The position numbers and the translations under genes are program-made. The notes beneath the pieces were generated by a model, which did no database searches, was not told where the DNA came from, and worked only from the letters and a program-made list of their open reading frames with translations. A DNA stretch of 64,000 nucleotides from Malacoraja senta. Its lineage: Eukaryota. Positions 1-13,327 of the stretch are shown here, one piece after another. The stretch is taken from NCBI GenBank assembly GCA_038087875.1, contig CM075997.1:8310001-8374000 (forward strand), read 5' to 3'. Each line of letters starts with the position of its first letter. Positions within the stretch are counted from its first letter, which is position 1.

Positions 1-627
1 TTTGTCCTGCCAAGATGTAGCACCTCACACTTATCAGCATTACACTCCATCTGCTATCTTTCAGCCCACTCTTCCAAATGGCCTAAATCTCTCTGTAGAC
101 TTTGAAAATCTACTTCATTATCCACAACTCCACCTATCTTAGTATCATCTGCATACTTACTAATCCAATTTACAGCACCATCATCCAGATCATTGATGTA
201 TATGACAAACAACAGTGGACCCAACACAGATCCCTGAGGCACCCCACTAGTCACCGGCCTCCAACCTGACAAACAGCCATCCACCATTACTCTCTGGCAT
301 CTCCCATTCAGCCACTGTTGAATCCATCTTGCTATTCCACCATTAATACCCAACAATTGAACCTTCTTAACCAACCTTCCATGTGGAACCTTGTCAAAGG
401 CCGTACTGAAGTCCATATAGACAACATCCACCGCTTTACCCTCATCAATATCCCTAGTAACCTCTTCATAAAATTCAAGAAGATTAGTCAAACGTGACCT
501 TCCAGTCACAAATCCATGTTGACTGTAGCTAATCAACCCTGTTTATCCAGATGCTTATATATATTATCTTTAAGTATCCTTTCTATTAATGTCCCCACCA
601 CTGACGTCAAACTAATAGGTCTATAAT
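1..627 (-). mobile_element. CR1 LINE subfamily A, ORF2 RT fragment (host of DIRS-1; continues at 5660-5693 and 9743-10998)
   Basis: ORF 54-536 has [28 protein letters not shown] and YADD motifs. It is colinear with the CR1-A copy at 14289-17993. Confidence 0.95.
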
Positions 628-833
628 AGTAAGATTAAACGAGAACTTACCTGTTTGAAGTTTGATCTTTATTTTCATGAGGTGTTACGATGAGGGACTA
701 CGTCCAGCCGCACACGCGTCAATCTTCAAAGCAGCGGTGTGAAATCACAGATAAAAATTACTGAAGTATGATAGTAAGATACGTGAAGACTAGAACTGCC
801 AGTTGACCTTCATGGGGGGTGGGAGTGGAGGGC

Positions 834-944
834 ACGTAGTCCCTCATCTAACTCCTCATAAAATAAAGATCAAACTTCAAACTGGTAAGTTCTCGTTTAA
901 TCTTACTATTTTACTTCGGAGTCCCCTGAGTGACTGCGTGAAGA
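834..944. repeat. Internal complementary region (ICR) of DIRS-1
   Basis: 834-907 is an imperfect reverse complement of 628-~702, and 908-944 of ~5623-5659. Confidence 0.92.
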
Positions 945-3900
945 TTTCAAAGCTCTGTGATTTCATGCCGTAGATTCAAATCCAGGCGTCTCACTGCATT
1001 GATTGACTAAATGAGTATAGCAATCAACAATGCTTAACCACAACATAGATGCAATCAGTTAATGGTTAATTTATGACAACAATAGTAATCCCTTTATCAC
1101 AAGGGGGAACTTAATATTCAATCCAAAACAGCACCACCAAATAACCCAGGTTCTATAATCTCCTTATGACAATCCTTGTGAAACATCCGTTCACTTGCCC
1201 ATCGTGCGGCCGCGAGGATATGTTTTATCGGAACGTCCAAATCCTTGGCCGCCGATGTTGATGCCGCCCTTGTGGAATGAGATTTAATTTGTCAGTATCA
1301 ATACCTGCATCAACCAACACCTGCTTCATCCATCTTGAACTAGTCTGATCCGTCCCTTACTTATGCGGTTTATATGGCTGATAAAGCATGCTGATTCTGC
1401 ACCTCTTAAGGTTCTGGTGGCTTCAATGTAACATCGTAAATGTGATACTACACCATAGACGTGGATCCGTAGGATATGCTAGAAACCCAACTTATATCCT
1501 GTGACTCCAGGTCTACTCTTTTTAAGCAAATCATAGACATAGAACGTAATGGCATCTGCTGCTATTTACATCATGTCTATTCGTAGTTTCTGCAATGTTT
1601 GCACTCTCTGTGCTGAAACCAGTGACTTGAGCATGACTACCTCCATGGTAATTTTGGTCATGGAAAGAGCTGCAATAGGAGTCCATTGACCAAGGCGCAT
1701 TAGCACATCTCTTACATTCCAGATTTCTGTATACCTCGGTCTATGAGGTTTAGAATTGAAAATTCCCTTCTTAAATCTACACATCAAATGGTGTGACCCT
1801 ACAGAATTTTGTTCTGATTCCCTCCATAGCTATGCAGAGAAGGCACTCTTTGCAGTATTGATCGCACTATAGCTTAACTGCAAATTAAAATAAAGAGTTG
1901 ACAGAAACTCTACGACCTGAGATGTCTGCAGTGTGATGTGTAATATTCTGCCTTATGCAAAACACCTCCCGTTTCCTTATGTAAGAAATGTACTACTTCT
2001 GGGTACTATCACTCCAGGCTGCCGCAATAACATCCACAGTACGATCTGATAGTCCTCTTCCGAGATATTGCCTTCTTAGAATCTGCAAATCAACAAACCA
2101 ATACGATCACGTAAAGGATGCGAATCACCAGTTACGGGGTGCACAAACAGGTTTTCCTGTTTGGGAATAACCATAAGGGCTTTGTGATCTTTTTTAACAC
2201 CAAAGGGTACCACGGTTGTGTAGGCCAGTCTGGTACCACCAATACTCCTGAAGCGGAGTCCTGTTTAATCTTCTGTATACACTGACTAATGAGGCAAAAT
2301 GGAGGAAAATGCATACAAAACATTCTACCCCAATGTAGCGAGAAACATCCACCGCTACTGCCCCAGGATCACGTCCCCCTGACACATCTCTGGCATCCCA
2401 ACCGAGCAATAATGTTATTAAATTTGTCACGATCCAACATCCATTCTGTATTGTCATTGAATTTACGTGACCTTGTGTCGGCAACTATGTTGAATCTACC
2501 TGGTAGGTAGATTGACGAAATAACCAAATGTTTCTGGTAAAACATCAGGTCCAGATCACGTTTGCCAATTTATCACAATATTCTGACTTGATACCACCCA
2601 AATGATTAACATACGTTACTGTTCCGTAGTGTTGTCAATCTTTACCTGAACATGCAAATTTTGCATATTAGATCAATAAGCTATAGGCCCATAAAATGTT
2701 CCTAAAAGCTCTAAGTAAATCATCCCTTGTTCTTGAATCAAAGGTGCTTTCCCCACATTCCATCTACCTCCACAGCTGGAAATAGTATTAGTAGCGCCCC
2801 AACCTAGAGCACTTAAATCAGTCTGTAGAATATTGCAAGGTGTTTCAACCAGAATCTCTCTGGAAGCATTTGAGACACTCATGATCCTCCATAGTATTTC
2901 AGTAATAACCGGCAATTGCATTGGCCTGTCAAATGCCCTGAATGTATCCTTAATGCCTGTACGTATTCTCGCTGTTAATGCTGATAATGCAGCGTTCAAA
3001 ACTGTACAGCCGTAAATGAAGCAATTAGTTTGCCAAATAAGCTTGCTAGCTGCCTAATTGATGGTTGGTGCTGTGTAATGAGCCTTCAATTAACCGTAGC
3101 TTTTATCCTTGGGTGGAGTCACTACCATGTGTTCTGAATTAATAGTGAAACCCAAGTAATCAATTACTGTGCTTGGTAATAGTTTGGAGTTATCTGAATG
3201 GATAATAAATCCCAGCCTTTCGAAAGTGAGCTTGATTCTTGACACTGATGCTTCTGTTGTAGCCCGAGTGTCTCCCACAATCAGAATATATCCAAATAGG
3301 CCATTACCAAATGGCCCTGAGCTCTTAGTAGTGCTAAGATTGGTTTTTAACAATTTGGTAAATAGTCTCTGAGCTGAGGTTAACCCATTAGGCAATGCTT
3401 TAAATTGCCATAATTGACTCATCCAGCATAATTTTAAATATATTGATCATTACCATGCACATCCACACAGTAATATGTATCTTGAACATCTATGCTAGCC
3501 ATGTAGCATTTTCTTGAAATTAGCTGTATAGCATTGGCAAATGTCTCCATTTCAAAATGTTTTTATACTGTACAAAAGGGTTATGACTTGTCAGATCTAG
3601 AAAAATTCTACACCCACCATTCTTTTTTACTCTCAGAAAATACTTGACACAAATTGGTGGTGCTGGTGAACTGACTTCTCAATTACCCTTTTTTGCACAA
3701 TATTTCAAGTTCTGCCTGAATCTGCATATTCTCTTCTTTTGAGAAAATACGTGTCCAGTTTGAAATATGTTGAGTAGGCGGATCCAAATATGGGTAGAAT
3801 TCAATTCTAACCCCCACAATATTGTACAGTATAAATGCATCAGATTGCCATTCCTTTAGGAAGAATTGTAATCTTCCTCCCACTTGTAAGTGTGAAACAT

Positions 3901-4795
3901 TAATGTGCCTCTTACAGGACTAGAACCACCGACCTCGGGGTTTGGCGATGGCAATTGTTGGCCCTTGCTCTTAGTGGGAATACTGTAACCCTCACGTGCC
4001 CCAAGAGCAGTGCGCCAATAACGCATATATGGGAAAGACCGATTTGATCCTTCACTGGCCCCAGTCACCACACGTCGGTAGGGAAACTGCATTCGAATTG
4101 ATCCGCCAAGCACCGGTGGTTTCATCATCCCACGGTTTTAACTTCTTCATTCAGGTATTTTACCATTTTGACTAGATTTTCTCCAAAAAGCAGATTAGGG
4201 AATTGAATATTAGATGTTTTATAGAGCCCTGCCAACTTAGGGTGTATATTAGGTCTTATAGAATTTTTACAAATACAGTTTATTTCAAAGTGCGCACTAC
4301 ACATGAGTGCTAAGGCAACCGTGTTGTGATGCAGACACGTGCTCTCCATCCAAGCCTCTCGCCAAAGCCGTAATGCCTGACCCCAGCAATTTCAACACCC
4401 CAACCTAGAGCACTTAAATCAGTCTGTAGAATATTGTGATTTCATTTATTGTGCGCGTACTGCAATGCCCAAATAGCCCCATATTACATTATTCACCGCT
4501 GGGACTGCTAGCAGTGCGCAATTCTGCGGGTTTCATATTTGTTGACAGTCTTATCCATGGTCAGTACCCGGAGCTGATGGGAGAGCAAGTAATTTATTGT
4601 CATTGCCAATTTATCTCCAAATGGTTCCCCTGATAGTCTGGGAACGGCAAATTATATTTTGTGCCAGACCTGGTTCTTTAGGCTCTGTTATTGGGCTCTG
4701 GTCCTCATATGATTCGTCATCTGAATCTTGTTACACGTAAAATAATCCTCCTCATCGAGGGGGCGAACTGGCATCCTGCTTCAGGTGTTTCTAGC

Positions 4796-5200
4796 GCTGG
4801 CTCTCTCATAGGCCTACGCATAGTAAACCCTTTTTTCAGGTGCTCGCCGCGCGGGCTCTCCTGTAGGCACACGCATAGGCATCCCTCTTTCAGGTGCTGC
4901 TGGCGCTGGCTCTCCTGTAGGCCAACGCCTATACTGTCTTCCTTCAGACATTGTTGGCGCTGGCTTTCCTGTAGGCCAACGCATACAATTCCCTTGTTCA
5001 GGCATTGTTGACGCTGGCTCTCATGTAGGCCAACGCTGAGCCGGACCTTACCCAAGCACTACCTGCGCTGGCTCTCCTGTAGGCCAACGCTGAGCCGGAC
5101 CTTTCCCAGACACTCCCTGCGCTGGCTCTCCTGTAGGCCAACGCTGAGCCGGACCTTTCCTAGGCACTCCCTGCGCTGGCTCTCCCGTAGGCCAACGCGG
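4796..5200. repeat. 54-bp tandem repeat (~7-8 units) in DIRS-1 gag region
   Basis: gctggctctcctgtaggccaacgc-like core recurs at 4851, 4905, 4959, 5013, 5067, 5121 and 5175. Confidence 0.9.
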
Positions 5201-8200
5201 ACTCGAGTAGACAAAATGTCTGCCTGAGGCGGGGGAACCTCCGGTCTGACTCCTCAGAGTCTGCTGGCCTCACGGACTTTTGCCTGGCCTTGCGCTCTAA
5301 TGGCGCTGCAACGGTAATTCTTTTAACCGTTTCTATAGTCGATGGTCACGCTGCCACCGACTCCTCAAGCAGGCGCCCGCCACTCGCAGACCCGCGGTCT
5401 TCTCGAGTTTACCTGCGGTACGCCTACCTTACGTCCGTTCTCCATTCTAACTTGTGTTGTCTCACAACTACAAGTTTTTCTGAAGAAAGCGACCTGAAAG
5501 CAAATAGCGAATCACTTTCCTTCAGGCTTTGTACTAACCGGTTGGAGCAGCTCTGCTCCTCCACACACGGTCGCTGCGCTATGCGACTGACGATATGACG
5601 CGTGTGCTGCTGGACGGGGTCTTCTTCACGCAGTGACTCACGTGACTCAGAAGTAAAATAGCCAGGTTTCCTATTAGAACCATTTTTAAACAAAGAAACA
5701 TATAAATATAGAAAATAGGTGCAGGAGTAGGCCATTCGGCCTTCCGGGCCTGCAACGCCATTCAATATGATCATGGCTGATCATCCAATACAGTATCCTG
5801 TACCTGCAATCTCTCCATAGCCCCTACTCCCTTTAGCCACAAGGGCCACATCTTACCCCCTCTTAAATATAGCCAATGAACTGGCCTCAATTACATTCTG
5901 TGGCAGAGAATTCCAGAGATTCACCACTCTCTGTGTAAAAAATGGTTTTCTCATCTCAGTCCTAAAAGATTTCCCCTTTATCCTTTAACTGTGACCCCTT
6001 GTTCTGGACTTCCCCAACATCGGGAACAATCATCCTGCATCTAGCCTGTCCAACCACTTAAGAATGTTGTAAGTTTCTATCAGATCCCCCCTCAATCTTC
6101 TAAATTCTAGCGAGTACAAGCCGAGTCTATCCAGTTTTTCTTCATATGAAAGTCCTGACATCCCAGGAATCTGTCTGGTGAACCTTCTCTGTACTCCCTC
6201 TATGGCAAGAATGTCCTTCCTCAGATTAGGAGACCAAAACTCTACGCATTACTCCAGGTGTGGTCTCACCAAGACCCTGTACAGCTGCAGTAGAACCTCC
6301 CTGCTCCTATACTCAAATCCTTTTGCTATGAATGCTAACATACCATTCGCTTTCTTCACTGCCTGCTGCAACTGCATGCCTCCTTTCAATGACTGGTGTA
6401 CCATGACACCCAGGTCTCGTTGCATCTCCCCTTTTCCTAATCGGCCACCATTCCGGTAATAGTCTACTTTCCTGTTTTCGCCACCAAAGTGGATAACCTC
6501 ACATTTATCCACATTATACTGCATCTGCCATGTACTTGCCCACACACCTAGCCTATCCAAATCATCTTGCAGCCTCCTAGCACCCTCCTCACAGCTAGCA
6601 CTGCCCCCCAGCTTCGTGTCATCCGCAAACCTGGAGATGTTGCATCCAATTCCCTCGTCCAAATCATTAATATATATTGTAAATAGCTGGGGTCCCAGCA
6701 CTGAGCCTTGCGGTACCCCACTAGTCACTGCCTGCCATTAGGAAAAGGACCCGTTTACTCCTACTCTTTGCTTCCTATCTGCCAACCAGTTCTCTATCCA
6801 CATCAATACTGAAACACCAATACCGTGTGCTTTAAGTTTGTATATTAATCTCTTATGTGGGACCTTGTCGAAAGCCTTCTGAAAGTCCATTCTACTAGTT
6901 ACACCCAAGAAAATTTCTATAAGATTCGTCAGACATGATTTACCTTTCATAAATCCATGCTGACTTTGTCCAATGATTTCACCATTTTCCAAATGTGCTG
7001 CTATCCCATCTTTAACAACTGACTCTAGCAGTTTCCCCACTACCGATGTTAGACTAACTGGTCTGTATTTCCCCGTTTTCACTCTCCCTCCCTTTTTAAA
7101 AAGTGTGGTTACATTAGCTACCCTCCAAGCCTCAGGAACTACTCCAGAATCTAAAGAGTTTTGAAAAATTATCACTAATGCATCCACTATTTCTGGGGCT
7201 ACTTCCTTAAGTACTCTGGGATGCAGCCTATTTGGCCCTGGGGATTTATCGGCCTTTAATCCATTTAATTTACTTGACACCACTTCCCGGCTAACCTGGA
7301 TTTCACTCAGTTCCTCCATCTCATTTGACCCCCGGTCCCTGCTATTTCCGGCAGATTAATTAAGTCTTCCTTAGTGAAGACAGAACCAAAGTAGTTATTC
7401 AATTGGCCTTCCATATCCTTGTTCCCCATGATCAATTCACCTGTTTTCTGACTGCAAGGGACATACATTTGTTTTAACATCGTTTTCTATTCACATATCT
7501 ATAAAAACTGTTGCAGTCATTTATTATGTTCCCTGCCAGTTTTCTTTCATAATCTATTTTCCCTTTCCTAATTAAACGCTTTGTCCTCCTGTGCATACTC
7601 TGAATTTCTCCCAGTCCTCTGGTAGGCTGCTTTTTCTGGCTAATTTGTATGCTTCATCTTTTGTTTTGATACTATCCATGATTTCCCTTGTTATCCACGG
7701 ATGTACTACCTTCCCTGATTTATTCTTTTGCCAAAACTGGGATGAACAATTGTTGTAGTTGATCCATGCAGCCTTTAAATGCCTTCCATGGCGTATACTG
7801 TTCGATGGCCTGTACACAACAGCCACCAGCGTTTTCTGCCCCTTAGTGTTTCGCAGCTCTACCCATATCGATTCCACATCCTCCAAGCTAATGTCCTTCC
7901 TTTCTATTGCGTTAATCTCCTCTCTAACCAGCAACGCTACCCCACCTCCTTTTCCTTCCTGTCTATCCCTCCTGAATATTGAATATCCCTGGATGTTCAT
8001 CTCCCACCCTTGGTCACCCTGGAGCCATGTCTCCTTAATCCCAACTATATCATAGTCATTAATAGCTATCTGCACATTAAATGTATCCACCATATTACGA
8101 ATGTTTCTTGCATTGAGACACAAAACCTTCAGGCTTGTTTTACAACACTCTTACCCCTTATAAAATTATTTTGAAAAATGGCCCTTTTTGATTTTTGCCC

Positions 8201-8439
8201 TGGATTTGTCTGCCTGCCACTTTTACTTTTCACCTTGCTACCTATTGCTTCTACCTTGATTTTACACCCCTCTATCTCTCTGCTCACACATTTGAGAAAC
8301 CTACCACCTCTTATTATCTGTTTATTATCTTTTTCTTCTTTCCCCCCTACATGTTGGGTCTGAGTGCTTCCCTTCTCTGCCTCCTGCATCACACACTGTC
8401 TACTAGATTTATCTATTTGAGTCTCTCCCCCCAACCGGT

Positions 8440-9373
8440 CTAGGTTGAAGTCTCCCCAGTAGCCTTTGCAAATCTCCCCGCCAGGATATTGGTTCCCCTC
8501 GGGTTCAAGTGCAACCCATCCTTTTTGTACAGGTCACACCTTCCCCAAAAGAGATTCCAATGACCCTGAAACTTGAATCCCTGCCCACTGCACCAGTCAT
8601 TCATCCACGCATTTATCCTCCACCTCGCTCCATTCCTACTCTCACTGTCGCGTGGCACAGGCAGTAATCCTGAGATTGTTACCTTTGCGGCCTTTTCCTT
8701 AACTCTCTTCATAACTCCCTAAATTCTCTTTTCAGGACCTCTTCCCTTTTTCTACCTATGTCATTGGTACCTATATGTACCACGATCTCGGGCTCCTCTC
8801 CCTCCCATTTCAGGATATCTTGGACACGTTCAGACACGTCCCAGACCCTGGCACCAGGGAGGCAAACTACCATCCGGGTCTCTCGACTGCGTCCACAGAA
8901 TCGACTGTCTAACCCCCTAACTATAGAGTCCCCTATTACTACTGCCATCCTCTTCTTTTCCTTACCCCTCTGAGCAACAGGGCCGGTCTCTGTACCGGAG
9001 GCCCGGCCGCTGTCGCTACCTCCAGGTAGGCTGTCCCCCCCAACAGTACTCAAACAGGAGTACTTATTGACAAGGTGTACAGCCACCGGGGTACTCTCTA
9101 GTCCCTCCCTCTGCCCCTTGCTCCTCCTAACTGGGAACCACTTGTCTGTCTCCCGTGGTTTAGGAGTGACCAAACCTCTATAACTCCACTCTATGACCTC
9201 CTCTCTCTCACGGACCAGACGGAGGTCATCGAGCTGCTGCTCCAGGTTCTAATACGATCCCTTAGGAGACCCATCGCGACGCACCTGGCGCAGATGTGGA
9301 CGTCTGGAGGGCTATTAAATTCCATGACTTCCCACATCTGACATCCAGAACAGTCAACTGCCCTGGCCCTCAT
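8440..9373 (-). pseudogene. CR1 ORF1: Cys-rich N-terminus plus SGNH esterase domain (frameshifted)
   Basis: CSGCQMWE...CARC, VIGDSIVRG, HIGTNDIG and DGLHLN motifs across three ORF pieces. Confidence 0.88.
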
Positions 9374-9542
9374 ACTCGTCCATTACCCTGGATACAATAC
9401 AAAGTGCTGGAGGAAATCACCAGGGATCTGACACCCAATCAGCTGCTTCCTCTAGTCCGCTTCCACCAATCAGCGGCTTCCTCAAGACCGCTTGTTTTGA
9501 ACTGTGGAACGTTGGAACGTTACAGATTTGGGCTCCTCCATC

Positions 9543-9735
9543 ACCAACGGTTCCTGGGCCTCTGTGAAACAAGCCCCGCGGTCGAGGGTTATACTCACAG
9601 CCCGGACGCCGCTCCTCCCACGCCAACGGCTCCTGGGCCTCTGTGAAACAAGCCCCGCGGTTGAGGATTATACTCACAGCCCGGACGCCGCCCCCCCCCC
9701 CCCCCCACACCAACGGTCCCTGGGCCTCTGTAAAA
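9543..9735. repeat. ~79-bp GC-rich tandem repeat (~2.4 units) in the CR1-B 5'UTR
   Basis: ccaacgg.t.cctgggcctctgtgaaacaagccccgcgg... recurs at ~9544, ~9623 and ~9710. Confidence 0.8.
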
Positions 9736-9742
9736 GCCCCGC

Positions 9743-10998
9743 TTACAATGGAACATCATGCGCAGTACGCCAATTCTCCGGCACCATTCCCGTTTCTAAT
9801 GACATTTGAAATATTTCTGTCATAGCCCCAGCTATTTCTACACTAACTTCCCTCAATGTCCTACGGAATATCCTGTCAGGACCTGGAGAATTACCCACTT
9901 TTATATTTTTCAAAAGTGTCAGTACTTCCTCTTCTTTGACTCTCATAGTGTCCATAGCTACTCTACTTGTTTCCCTTACCTCACATAATTCAATATCCTT
10001 CTCCTTGGTGAATACCGAAGAAAATAAATTGTTCAATATCTCCCTCATCTCTTTTGGCTCTGCAGATAGCTGTCCACTCTGACTCTCTGATGGGCCAATT
10101 GTATCCCTCGTTATCCTTTTGCTATTAATATAGCTGTAGAAACCCTTTGGATTTACTTTCACCTTACTTGCCAAAGCAACCTCATATCTTCTTTTAGCTT
10201 TTCTAATTTCTTTCTTAAGAATCTTTTTACATTCTTTATACTCCTCAAGCACCTCATTTACTCCATGCTGCCTATAATTATTGTAGATCACTCTCTTTTT
10301 CCGAAACAAGTGTCCAATTTATTTTGAAAACCATGGCTCTTTCCAATTATTACTATTTCCTTTCAACCGAACAGGGCATAAAGATTCTGTACTCTTAAAA
10401 TGTCACCTTTAAATGTTCTCTGTTTCTCTTCTACGTCCTTCCCATAAAACAACATGTCCCAATTCACTCCTTTTAACTCCGTTCGCATCTCCTCAAAGTT
10501 AGCCTTTCTCCAATCAAAAATCTCAACCTTGGTCCAGTTCTGACCGTCTCCATAATTATATTGAAACTAATGGTATTGTGATCACTGGACCCGAAGTGCT
10601 CCCCAACACATACCTCCGCCACCTGACCTGTCTCATTTCCTAACAGGAGGTCCAGCACTGCCCCTTCTCTAGTAGGTACCTATATTTATTGCAGCAAAAA
10701 ACTATCCTACACAAATTTTACAAACTCCAAACCATCCAGCCCTTTTACAGAATGTGATTCCTAGTCTATGTGTGGACAATTGAAATCTCCCACAATCACT
10801 ACCTTGTGCTTACTACTAATATCTGCTATCTTCTTACATATTTGCTCCTCCAATTCTCGCTCCCCATTAGGCGGTCTATAATACACGCCTATGTGTTGCC
10901 ACACCTTTCCCATTTCTCAGTTCTACCCAAATAGCCTCCCTAGACGAGCCCTCTAATCTATCCTGCCTAAGCACTGCTGTAATATCTTCCGTGACAAG
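9743..10998 (-). mobile_element. CR1-A, upstream continuation (EN-RT linker, 5'-truncated within EN)
   Basis: ORFs 9743-10309 and 10473-10658 match CR1-A ORF2 at 15300-16560. Confidence 0.93.
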
Positions 10999-11009
10999 GG
11001 AAGATATTT

Positions 11010-11860
11010 ATTAAATAATGGAATCCTTGAATTGCTGAAGCGTTGGTGCGGCTTCATTTGGAGTATTGTGTTCAATGTTGCTTACTGTAGGAAGGGGTTG
11101 TTAAACTGGAAAGACTAGAAAATACATTTGTGATGATGTTGTCACCACTTGAGGGTCTCAGCAAAAAGAAGAGGCTGGCGTGAATAGGACGTAATTATAC
11201 TGGTGAGCACAAGTCTGTAATGTGATGTTACAGATCTGCATAAGTTCATGAAGTGGGCCGATAAAGTGAATGCATAAAATCTTTTACCGCGAGAAGTTGA
11301 AACATGGACGAGGCCATAGGTTTAAGGTGAGATGACAATTGTTTTAATGGAAACACGAGGGCAACTTTTTCACACAGTGGATAGTGGGTATTGGGGGCAA
11401 ACTGCCGGAGATGATAGTTGATGTTAGTTGTAGTGGAATATTTAAAATACATTTTCAGGGGTACGTGAAATGAAATGTTTACCTGGATTCTTAGAATAAA
11501 AGGGATGTCATTTAAGACTGAGGTGAGAAAAAAACGTTTTCACCCAGAGAGTTGTGAATTTATGGAATTCCTTGCCACAGAGGGCAGTGGAGGCCAAGTC
11601 ACTGAATGGATTTTAGAGAGCGTTCGATAAACCTCTAGGGCTAGTGGAGTCAAGGGATATGGGGAGAAGGCAGGCACGGGTTATTGTTAGGGGACGATCA
11701 GCCATGATCACAATGAATGGCGGTGCTGGCTCGAAGGGCCGAATGGCCTCCTCCTGCACCTATTTTCTATGTTTCTATGTTTCTATATGGTCCAAACATT
11801 GGGAAGTGGGACTCATATAAATGGGACATCCTGGACGCATGGATAAGATGGCCAAAAGGC
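11010..11860 (+). mobile_element. Old degenerate CR1 3' fragment containing a younger CR1 3'-end insert (~11500-11785)
   Basis: Remnant ttggagtattgtgttcaa and ttttcacacag motifs; the young insert ends in a (tttctatg)n tail at ~11765-11786. Confidence 0.75.
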
Positions 11861-12309
11861 TGTGTCACTCTATGAGGGTGACTCTATAAACTTCACTGTA
11901 CAGAACTCAAACGGTTGTCCAAACCCCGAGGGAATTAATTGCTCATTATCTCGGCCCGACACGGCCTAGGGTGTGTTTTAGAATAACGGATCCACTCACT
12001 GATTTGGTTTCCTCTGCAATAAACAATCTCCAGCCGTTTCCATGCAAAATCCTGTATTTCGATTTACGAAAAAAACAGGCACCTCGTCTGCTTTCTGATG
12101 TGGATCGGATATATTGTATATCGTAGTTCCCCACTATCGCCTTCTCAAGGATAGTGATCTCGTGTGTGTGAACAGGCGTGCCCTGCCAAGATGCACCATT
12201 CCAACATTGACCATGTCTAGTGAAATGTCGGAGGTGCGGATTCGTCCTCTGTAAGGTTAGATTCCATGGGATCTAGTGAGAGGGTATAGGATCTACGTCG
12301 ATGCGTAGC

Positions 12310-12470
12310 ATACAAAGTGCTGGAGTAACTGAGCAGGGCATACACCATATCTGAAGGCCATGGATGGTCATGTCTTTGTGTCCGCACACGTTTTCCGTTT
12401 CGAAATGTTGCCTATCCATGTTCTCCAGAGGTGCATCCTGACCCGCTGAGTTAATCCACACTTCATTTTC
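12310..12470. repeat. Degenerate inverted-repeat interspersed element (possibly Penelope pLTR-derived)
   Basis: tgctggagtaactgagcaggg at the left is roughly complementary to cctgacccgctgagttaatccac at the right. A related fragment lies at ~47740-47795. Confidence 0.5.
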
Positions 12471-13327
12471 CACGCACGATTCCGTCATCTGCTGTCGACA
12501 GGTCTAATTGTTTAGGCAATCTACTTGATGGTAGGACGCAGAGGGTGAACGATGTATGTTTGTTTTTCGGACGTCATGAGAGGGGTCATTGGCACAGTGC
12601 TATGGAATCAATAACAATATGGCAAGGGTCTAATGTGGCTGTGAAAATATCTAATATGAAACTGAGGGATAACCTTTTACCAAGGTGGGCGATTCGTGCA
12701 TGGAAAGAGGTGCCAGAGAAATTGGTTCAGGCACATCATTTAACAACAATTAAAGAGATTGGAACAGATATTTGAATCGGAAAGGTTTTGAGGTATGTGG
12801 CTCAAATGTGGACATACGTAGATCGGTATTTTCGTCGGCATGATCGAGTTAGGCCGAGGGGGCTATTTCCATACGGTATTATTCAAAGGTACATTGACTC
12901 ACTTCGTATGGAAAACTGTTCGTTACTAGCTGACGTGCACTGGCTTCGCCAAGTACACGAATCCGATCTTTGCTCCCAACTAGTTAACACGTGAGGCAAA
13001 TACAGTGCACGTCATTGCATTTCACAGCCAATGGTACCAAAAGATCATCGAACTGAAACGGCAATTTCATTTTTTTGGTTAGCATAGTGAAGGCCTTACG
13101 AATATTTAAGGTTTTTGCTTCGTATATTTAATTTCCAGAATTTACTATTTCTTTTTCCATTGCAATTCATTATGTTTTGTCTTTTCCACGAGCAGAACAA
13201 AGCTTATTGTTTGAAGTTAAAGATATAGGCATTTAGGTCGATTTTATGTTTTCAGGAATGTCGCGAAAAAATATGTCTATTAGTGTATTCGACATTGCCT
13301 CGTTATCTTTTATATGCTTTGTTACAG

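Larger units (their letters stand above)
628..5659 (-). mobile_element. DIRS-type tyrosine-recombinase retrotransposon, copy 1 (end-to-end, decayed ORFs)
   Basis: ICR at ~834-944 is complementary to both element ends. Contains YR motif SHSTRAASTSAA (~1247-1283), MT-like FPPF region (2132-2484), RNaseH (2673-2999), RT (3090-3422 QFKALPNGL) and gag. AAT sits at both junctions. Confidence 0.93.
5694..9742 (-). mobile_element. CR1 LINE subfamily B, near full length (5'UTR, ORF1, ORF2 with internal deletions, 3' tail), inserted in CR1-A
   Basis: 3' tail at 5694-5715; RT 6249-7319; EN 7572-8123; ORF1 pieces 8440-9373. Host CR1-A resumes at ~9743 with a short acaa duplication. Confidence 0.93.

Noticed and set aside
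4796..5200. Regularly spaced repeats resembling a CRISPR array
   Set aside because: The units are whole tandem copies with related 'spacers', they lie within DIRS gag in a eukaryote, and no cas genes are present.
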